DNA from: Nitrososphaerota archaeon
GTDB taxonomy: Archaea > Thermoproteota > Nitrososphaeria_A > Caldarchaeales > Calditenuaceae
Reading direction: 5' to 3'
NCBI GenBank assembly: GCA_041641295.1
Contig: JBEPYO010000001.1
Location: 1,376,001-1,440,000 of the forward strand
Length of the DNA stretch: 64,000 nucleotides
Shown: one piece after another, positions 58,161 through 64,000 of the stretch
How positions within the stretch are numbered: position 1 is the first letter of the stretch
Layout: every line of letters starts with the position of its first letter
Notes under the pieces: model-generated
What the model saw: only the letters and a program-made list of their open reading frames with translations
Told to the model about the DNA's origin: nothing
Databases searched by the model: none
Made by a program: the position numbers and the translations under genes

Positions 58161-59327
58161 TTAGGATGAGGAGACTATCCTGATTGCTAGTGGCTCAAAA
58201 AGCCGCGTCGTAGAGACGTAGATAATATCCCTGTCCTTCACACCAACTTTGGCTAGTACGTCCTCGTCATCTAGTCTCCTCCCAGCGTATAACACTTCAG
58301 GGTCAGGGAATCCGAAGACGGATGCCAGTGTCTCTTTAAGCTTCAAGACCGTCTCATTCAAGTCAAACGAGAACTCGAGGGGGGCTGAGTGGTTTTCACT
58401 ACATACTATACAGTTTGGGTCTCGTGAAATTTTGACGCGGGAGAGGCGAGAGTTGAGGGCGTCATAAACGATGAGGCCTGTTGGCGGCTTTCCGAGACGC
58501 CCTTGATGAAGTATCTGCATGCCAATGGTTGTCATGATTCCGGCTACCACCGAGGCCACAGACTGGACCGCAGGCATAGGTGGCATTAACCGCGAACGCA
58601 ACTCCTCTATCAGTTTTAATATCTGGTCATCAGCCAGCTCGGCTATCATGTCTAGCCTAGTGTACTTTATGTCGTAGATTGTCTTTATATTGAGTTGGAA
58701 GAGCTTCTCAGCCTCCTCCAGCCCCACCGTGATTCCGTGCTCCTTTAGATCGTTGACGAGGTGCTCAGGCCTCCTCCTCTTAAGCGTGCATTCTGCCAGC
58801 TTCTCCTCTCTTGGTATGAGGTTTATGCTCTGGCACTCCAGGCATGCCGTCTTTCTTGGGAAAACCACTTGCACGTTTCCGTAAAACCCGTTCATGGCGC
58901 CGTCCACTAAGGGTTTTTCAAGGCTGACTGCAACGGAGTTCAGCCATCTCCTCGATGCCCAGTTGTCTAGGCATGAGAAGATTATGTCTGTCCTGCCGAG
59001 CACCTCCTCTCCTAGCTCTCTAATGTCTTGGCCGTAGGCCTCGACTGATACGTGGGGGTTGATCTCGCGTAGCCTCTCGGCTGCAACAACAGCCTTTCCC
59101 TTGCCTATGTCTTGGTCCCTGAATAGGAGCTGGCGGCTCAGATTGCTTAGCTCGACGTAGTCGTAGTCGGCGAGTATCAACTTGCCTACACCCATCATCG
59201 CGAGGTTCTTCGCCACTTCACCGCCTATGGCTCCGACGCCAGCAATAAATACGGTTGAGGATAGGAGGATGTTCTGGTCCCACCCCTCTACGCGGAGCTG
59301 CCGGTCGTACCTCTCCATTCCGGTCAT
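58161..59327 (-). CDS. Ubiquitin-activating enzyme E1-like (ThiF/UBA domain, catalytic Cys, C-terminal Ub-fold domain)
   Basis: 'RYDRQ', GVGAIG, 'SNLSRQLLF', CLEC..'ECTL', CIVC, C-terminal 'LYAGRRLDDEDVLAKVGV'. Confidence 0.93.
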   Translation of the reverse strand: MTGMERYDRQLRVEGWDQNILLSSTVFIAGVGAIGGEVAKNLAMMGVGKLILADYDYVELSNLSRQLLFRDQDIGKGKAVVAAERLREINPHVSVEAYGQDIRELGEEVLGRTDIIFSCLDNWASRRWLNSVAVSLEKPLVDGAMNGFYGNVQVVFPRKTACLECQSINLIPREEKLAECTLKRRRPEHLVNDLKEHGITVGLEEAEKLFQLNIKTIYDIKYTRLDMIAELADDQILKLIEELRSRLMPPMPAVQSVASVVAGIMTTIGMQILHQGRLGKPPTGLIVYDALNSRLSRVKISRDPNCIVCSENHSAPLEFSFDLNETVLKLKETLASVFGFPDPEVLYAGRRLDDEDVLAKVGVKDRDIIYVSTTRLFEPLAIRIVSSS

Positions 59328-59827
59328 ATCCCGGCAAGCTTCTCTAGGGACCGCTCCTGGGTTGCGTAGAGCCTGATATACTCTCTAACACGGGCCACAA
59401 AACGCTCGGGATATAGCTTCAGTTCCTGGGCTGCCCAGACGTTGAGTGGGTCATCAGGGTTTGGATTGGCGAGTAGGTTCTTCAGAGCCTCAATAACCGA
59501 GACAATATGCATGTTGGGATACCAGTCCTTATTCAGTATTGATTCGCAGATTCTGGCCGGCTCCTCATCCGTGAAGTTCGGATGCCATATCCGGGTGTGC
59601 CAGACCACCTCGGGGGGAACAAATGGGAATGAGCGCGGCAGAATAATCTCCACCACGAAAACCCCCCCATCATACACTCCGGAACCGATAATTATTCCCT
59701 TATAGTGTGTCAGGTCGCCGCCTACGGCGTCGAAGTTGGGCTCATAGTTCCTGATGAGCTGGTATTCTTGGGCCAGCCGCCTGACCCACCTGCTCTCAGG
59801 CAGATACCCAACCTCCGACGCCTCCAA
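59324..59827 (-). CDS. Ubiquitin-conjugating enzyme E2
   Basis: 'FPFVPP', 'WHPN', catalytic Cys in 'RICESIL', 'W.P', 'PNPDDPLN'. Confidence 0.96.
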   Translation of the reverse strand: MEASEVGYLPESRWVRRLAQEYQLIRNYEPNFDAVGGDLTHYKGIIIGSGVYDGGVFVVEIILPRSFPFVPPEVVWHTRIWHPNFTDEEPARICESILNKDWYPNMHIVSVIEALKNLLANPNPDDPLNVWAAQELKLYPERFVARVREYIRLYATQERSLEKLAGI

Positions 59828-59829
59828 AA

Positions 59830-60066
59830 CTACCCACCAACCGTCCTAGTAATCAAGACTAGCTTATCTCCCTCAGTAACTCCCGCGGACGATATTGTCT
59901 CAGAGTCGCTTAACGCCCTCCCCTTAAAAGTGAGCCTTGCATCCTCCGGCCTCAACTTCTTAATCGCGCAAACCCTCATCTTCACAGCACCGATGCTCGC
60001 GTTGGGCGGGACATCCAGTTCGATCGGTGGGCCACCACCCACCGCAGGAACTATTCTAATCTTCAT
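59830..60066 (-). CDS. Eukaryote-like ubiquitin, ending in free GG
   Basis: Beta-grasp 'RLTFKGRALSD.ET...GV..GDKLVL', ends RTVGG-TAG. Confidence 0.95.
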   Translation of the reverse strand: MKIRIVPAVGGGPPIELDVPPNASIGAVKMRVCAIKKLRPEDARLTFKGRALSDSETISSAGVTEGDKLVLITRTVGG

Positions 60067-60290
60067 ATTTCCCGCATCGCCTACTCCAGTTTATTGGATG
60101 GGCTATAAATAGATTAACTGTAGCGAGTGTGGTGTGCACATATACGTAACAAATACGCGCTCCGAAAAATGTGGTACAGCGTTGGGCTGCCCTTGAAGGG
60201 CTTTTAAAGGAATTGAGGCTTGTGGACCCAAGTGGAGGCCAGAGGGCTTGTAGGTAAGGGGTTTATAGGCAGGTAGTTACATGTTACGGG

Positions 60291-60908
60291 GTGAAAATGA
60301 GGGTTAGGCTGCTCCCGCCGGCGCTAGCTAAAATAATCAACCACGCCCTCTCCAACCCCAAGATCGAGGTGGCTGGTCTCCTTCTTGGGACTGAGGAGAA
60401 TGGGGTTGTAGAGGTGTGGGATGCTGTTACCGGCAGTCAGACCGGCTCCCCCGGCTTTGTCGTCCTAAGTGAGGAGGTGATGGCGAGGGTTGCGGAATTC
60501 CTTCACGATCACAAAATCCCCCTTTTTATCGTTGGGTGGTACCACTCCCACCCATCCCTAGGTCTATTCCTCTCCCCCATAGATATCAGGACACAGCTGA
60601 CATATCAGGCACTATACCAGAACGCAATAGCCCTAGTAATAGATCCCTCAAGATATGGAGGCTCTAAGAAGTTCTCGGATGGGCTATTCAAGGTCTTCAG
60701 AGTTGGGCCCAATAACCAAGTAATAGAGCTTCCAGTAACCTTCGGGGCTGGAACCCGTAAGATGCTAGAATCCACACTCATCAGCCTCACAACAACATCC
60801 ATCTTCCAATATGAAGAACATAACATGCCCGTCCCAAAACCCTTCAAAGTTATCAGTAACTTTCTATTACATGGCTTAAGGGCAGAGGGTGTTAGGAGGC
60901 ATGAGTGA
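60291..60908 (+). CDS. Rpn11-like JAMM/MPN+ deubiquitinase
   Basis: 'EVAGLLLG', 'VGWYHSHPSLGLFLSPID', 'ALVIDP'. Confidence 0.93.
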   Translation: MKMRVRLLPPALAKIINHALSNPKIEVAGLLLGTEENGVVEVWDAVTGSQTGSPGFVVLSEEVMARVAEFLHDHKIPLFIVGWYHSHPSLGLFLSPIDIRTQLTYQALYQNAIALVIDPSRYGGSKKFSDGLFKVFRVGPNNQVIELPVTFGAGTRKMLESTLISLTTTSIFQYEEHNMPVPKPFKVISNFLLHGLRAEGVRRHE

Positions 60909-61689
60909 TAAGAAGCGGATAGTTATCAAGAGGCGGCTAATACCTGAGCCTACCCAGCCAGAGCAGCAGGTAGGCGAACTCACAGGGGCACAGGAGGTTG
61001 AGAAGCAGGGTCCAGAGCCTCAGGAAATACAGGTACAGCCGACGGCCCAGCAGCCCACTGACAACTATGAGGAGGCAATTAAGAGTTTCGACAACATTCA
61101 AGCAAAGCTGAGAGAGATCCGGGAGATGGACCGCTCGATCCAGAGGGTTTTCAAGAAGTGGGATGAGGTTGACCTTCGCTCCGTGAAGAAGAAGCTCAAT
61201 CAACTCTCTGACGAGAGGAACGCCCTCTTGAGCGAGGCGCAGACCTGCGAGAATCTGCTTAACGAGGCTCTCGGCCTCTTAGAGTCGAGGATGAGTGAGC
61301 TGGAAGAGCAGCTTTTCGACAGGCTCGTAGAGGTTGAGTTCCTAAGGTCGCGGGAGAGCTCGCTGAGTGGGGCAGAGAGTGAGCGGCTAAAAGCACTGGA
61401 GGCCGAGGTTGAAGAGTATCGAAACAGGATTGCAGAGATTAAGAAGCAGATATCCGACCTCCAAGTGAAACTAGACAATATCAGGTCTCTGCCACGCACA
61501 ATAGTCAAGCTAACCACAAGCACAGAGGAGGCTGAGCCATTATACAAGGAGCTAGTGGCCAAATACAGGGACGAGGCCCGAGTAGCCTCCGCGATCGAGA
61601 AGATAATGCAGGACGAGGGTGTCTCGAGGCCCTACGCCATCATCCACCTCTGGAAGGCTGCACTAAAACCTCGGGTATCTGGGCAGTAA
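60901..61689 (+). CDS. Coiled-coil protein of unknown function
   Basis: Basic N-terminus, Q/E/P-rich linker, long heptad region, small C-terminal helical domain; overlaps Rpn11 stop. Confidence 0.8.
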   Translation: MSDKKRIVIKRRLIPEPTQPEQQVGELTGAQEVEKQGPEPQEIQVQPTAQQPTDNYEEAIKSFDNIQAKLREIREMDRSIQRVFKKWDEVDLRSVKKKLNQLSDERNALLSEAQTCENLLNEALGLLESRMSELEEQLFDRLVEVEFLRSRESSLSGAESERLKALEAEVEEYRNRIAEIKKQISDLQVKLDNIRSLPRTIVKLTTSTEEAEPLYKELVAKYRDEARVASAIEKIMQDEGVSRPYAIIHLWKAALKPRVSGQ

Positions 61690-61794
61690 TGGGGACAGGC
61701 GGCGGGGTCAAGACACTTTAAATAGAGCCTCCGACAAAGGATTTAGGAATACCCGGGGGATATCCTGGGGAGTTAAAAGACTTACTGTGTAAGG

Positions 61795-63708
61795 GTGGAA
61801 AATGGAATGCTATCCAAGCTGAGGGCAGACATATTCAACTACTTGGTTACACTGGGTAAGGGCGAGCGAGTAGTTACGCGGATAGATTTTGAAGGGCCTC
61901 GGATAGCGATATACACTGCAGAGCCCTCTGTTTTCGCAGAGAGGAACTCTATTGCTAGAGATCTTGTGAATTTGATCAAGAAGAGGGTGGTTATTCGGCC
62001 GGACGAGTCTATCAGGATGCCTCAGGATGAGGCTAAGAGGCTTTTGAAGGAGGCGCTGAACAACTCTCCTGCAAATATCACTTTTGACAACCTTCTCGGC
62101 GAGGTTGTGATTGAGAGTAGCGACCAGCAACTCTTCAACCTCCTGACTCCTGAGAGGTTGGCGGCCCTCGAGCGTCAGATAAACTGGCTGATCACGGTCT
62201 CAAGGACGCCACTTATTCCTTCAAAAACCTTAGAGAAGGTCAAGAAGTATCTCTATGGAGACGGCGAGGAGAGGATTGATATCCTGCGAAAGATTGGGGA
62301 GAGGATATTTAGGGAGCAGCTGTTTGAGCCGGGAGAGGTCTCGATAACCGTTCTTGGGGGTGGGATGCAGGTTGGGCGCTCCGCACTCCTAGTCAGGACG
62401 CGCGAGAGCTGTGTCCTGATGGATTTCGGCATAAGCGCAGGAGCGAGCAAGCCGGTGGAGATGCTGCCGAGGATGGACTTTTTCCCCGAATTAGTCGATA
62501 TGCTCGACGCTGTCATAATCACGCACTCACACATGGACCACCACGGCGCTCTGCCCTTCTTATTCAAGTACGGTTACCGGGGGCCAGTCTACATGACCGA
62601 GCCCACACTACCGCTAATGGTTATGGAGCACATCGACTATCTTAACCTGGCGGCTAAGACCGGGCAGTACCCACTCTACGGCGAGCACGAGGTCAGACTC
62701 GCGGCACGTCATGTGGTACCACTCCGGTACGGGGTTGTAACCAATATTACCCCCGACATCAGGGTAACATTCTACAATGCGGGGCACATTCTAGGCTCCG
62801 CCATCGCGCACCTACACATAGGCGAGGGATTCCACAACATAGTCTACACCGGCGACTTTAAGTATGAGAGAACACGTATGCTCGATCCCGCCACATCAAA
62901 ATTCCCCAGAATGGAGACCCTCATAATAGAAAGCACCTACGGAGCCACGCCCGTCCCCTTCACGAGGGAGGAGACTGAACGTATATTCGCAGAACACATC
63001 ACTCGCACGGTTAATTCGGGTGGTAGTGTCTTGATTCCTGTGCCGGCTGTTGGGAGGGCTCAAGAAATAATGCTGGTGATTAAGAACCTGATTGAGTCTA
63101 AGATGATTCCCGAGGTTCCGGTCATACTTGACGGCCTGCTGATAGAGTCTACATCCATCTACAGCTGTTTCCCTGAATATTTCTCGGCAGAGAGTCGTGA
63201 TGAGTTTCTGAGGGGTGACTCACTCTTCTTCTCCGACTATTTCATAAGCGTGAAGAGTCAGAGCCACAGAGAAGAGATACTTGAGAGCAGGGAGCCCATG
63301 ATCGTTATGGCTACATCGGGCATGCTTGAGGGCGGCCCTGTCCTCTCTTATCTGAGGAGCATGTCTGAGAGTGATAAGAACCTGCTGCTGTTTGTGAGTT
63401 ATCAGGTTGAGGGGACGCTCGGTAGGAAGATTCTAAAGGGCTTGAGAGAGGTCACGCTGATTAATGAGGAGGGGAAGCAGGAGGTGTTTAAGCTCGCCAC
63501 CGCTGTTGAGAAGGTTGATGGTTTCTCAGGACATTCTAGCAGGCAGCAGATACTCTCATATCTTAAGAGGGTTTCTCCAAAGCCTCAGAATGTCATATTT
63601 GTCCACGGGGAGCCGGAGGCCGTCAACTCGATTGCGGGGGCGGCCAGAAGGGTTTTGGACGCCGCCATATACACGCCGAGGAACTTGGACACAATAGTGG
63701 TCGGCTAG
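61795..63708 (+). CDS. aCPSF1/FttA beta-CASP ribonuclease with KH domains
   Basis: KH N-terminus 'EGPRIAIY', 'THSHMDH', 'NAGHILG', 'ESTYG', 'GFSGH', 'HGE'. Confidence 0.95.
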   Translation: MENGMLSKLRADIFNYLVTLGKGERVVTRIDFEGPRIAIYTAEPSVFAERNSIARDLVNLIKKRVVIRPDESIRMPQDEAKRLLKEALNNSPANITFDNLLGEVVIESSDQQLFNLLTPERLAALERQINWLITVSRTPLIPSKTLEKVKKYLYGDGEERIDILRKIGERIFREQLFEPGEVSITVLGGGMQVGRSALLVRTRESCVLMDFGISAGASKPVEMLPRMDFFPELVDMLDAVIITHSHMDHHGALPFLFKYGYRGPVYMTEPTLPLMVMEHIDYLNLAAKTGQYPLYGEHEVRLAARHVVPLRYGVVTNITPDIRVTFYNAGHILGSAIAHLHIGEGFHNIVYTGDFKYERTRMLDPATSKFPRMETLIIESTYGATPVPFTREETERIFAEHITRTVNSGGSVLIPVPAVGRAQEIMLVIKNLIESKMIPEVPVILDGLLIESTSIYSCFPEYFSAESRDEFLRGDSLFFSDYFISVKSQSHREEILESREPMIVMATSGMLEGGPVLSYLRSMSESDKNLLLFVSYQVEGTLGRKILKGLREVTLINEEGKQEVFKLATAVEKVDGFSGHSSRQQILSYLKRVSPKPQNVIFVHGEPEAVNSIAGAARRVLDAAIYTPRNLDTIVVG

Positions 63709-63718
63709 ACTAGGGTCC

Positions 63719-64000
63719 CTAGAAGTAGTCCTCCAGTGTACTGCTCTTATCCTGCCAGGCCTTCTCCCTCTTCCCAGACGACTTACCTCTCGGTAGAATT
63801 TTCCCATAGACTCCATCGTAGCCCGGCACTATCTCCAGCTCTCCACTCCGCATGTCATTTACGAGGGAGGCTAGATGCTCGTTCGAGGCCCTTGCTATCT
63901 CTTGTACGGGCGCTTCGAGGAGTAGCTTGTATTCACTGCCGAACTTGTTTACCAGTCTGCTATACTCGGTCCAGATTTTCTTGCTCTGTAGCAGTGTCTC
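63719..64000 (-). CDS. C-terminus of endonuclease Q (PHP-family) protein, partial
   Basis: Manual translation: '...LVNKFGSEYKLLLEAP...ELEIVPGYDGVYGKI...SSTLEDYF*'. Confidence 0.8.
   Translation of the reverse strand, partial: ETLLQSKKIWTEYSRLVNKFGSEYKLLLEAPVQEIARASNEHLASLVNDMRSGELEIVPGYDGVYGKILPRGKSSGKREKAWQDKSSTLEDYF

Noticed and set aside
60113-60196. Cys-rich micro-frame (INCSECGVHIYVTNTRSEKCGTALGCP) between Ub and Rpn11, considered as a RING/zinc-finger remnant
   Set aside because: No proper start (in-frame TAG just upstream), ligand spacing is not RING-like, and it lies in the divergent promoter region
1-64000. CRISPR array, cas genes or rRNA
   Set aside because: No regularly spaced repeats, cas motifs or rRNA sequence seen; the CARF-like tail has no cas context in this window

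Overview
Gene-dense archaeal chromosome segment, most likely from a thermophilic Aigarchaeota/Caldarchaeales (TACK) lineage. This is inferred from a ubiquitin and E2 closely resembling those I recall from Caldiarchaeum subterraneum, plus Vps4/CdvC, aCPSF1, fibrillarin/Nop5 and KEOPS genes. Main content: (1) ~1-15 kb, an uncharacterised membrane block: large FtsX-type permease with a CARF-like tail, divergent DUF6785/OPT-like transporters, sugar oxidoreductase/isomerase, FG-GAP/ASPIC-UnbV plus UnbU/RnfD-like pair, ABC ATPase. (2) ECF S-components around an ArsR regulator, with a partial tandem duplication. (3) Housekeeping genes: Dph2, PAC2, mevalonate genes, proteasome beta, EndA, RNase HII, fibrillarin/Nop5, Kae1/Bud32, galKT, argG, Dpo4, aCPSF1, EndoQ. 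(4) A membrane-anchored Roadblock-Roadblock-small GTPase operon. (5) A glycosyltransferase/B12-radical SAM cluster between tRNA genes. (6) A eukaryote-like ubiquitin locus (Ub-E2-E1, divergent Rpn11) that differs from the described form: Ub is encoded already mature, there is no RING E3 in the operon, and a coiled-coil gene is coupled to Rpn11. Three tRNAs and two candidate C/D box guide RNAs were read directly from the sequence. No CRISPR array, rRNA, integrase or transposase was seen. All family calls come from motif recognition by eye, not database searches.
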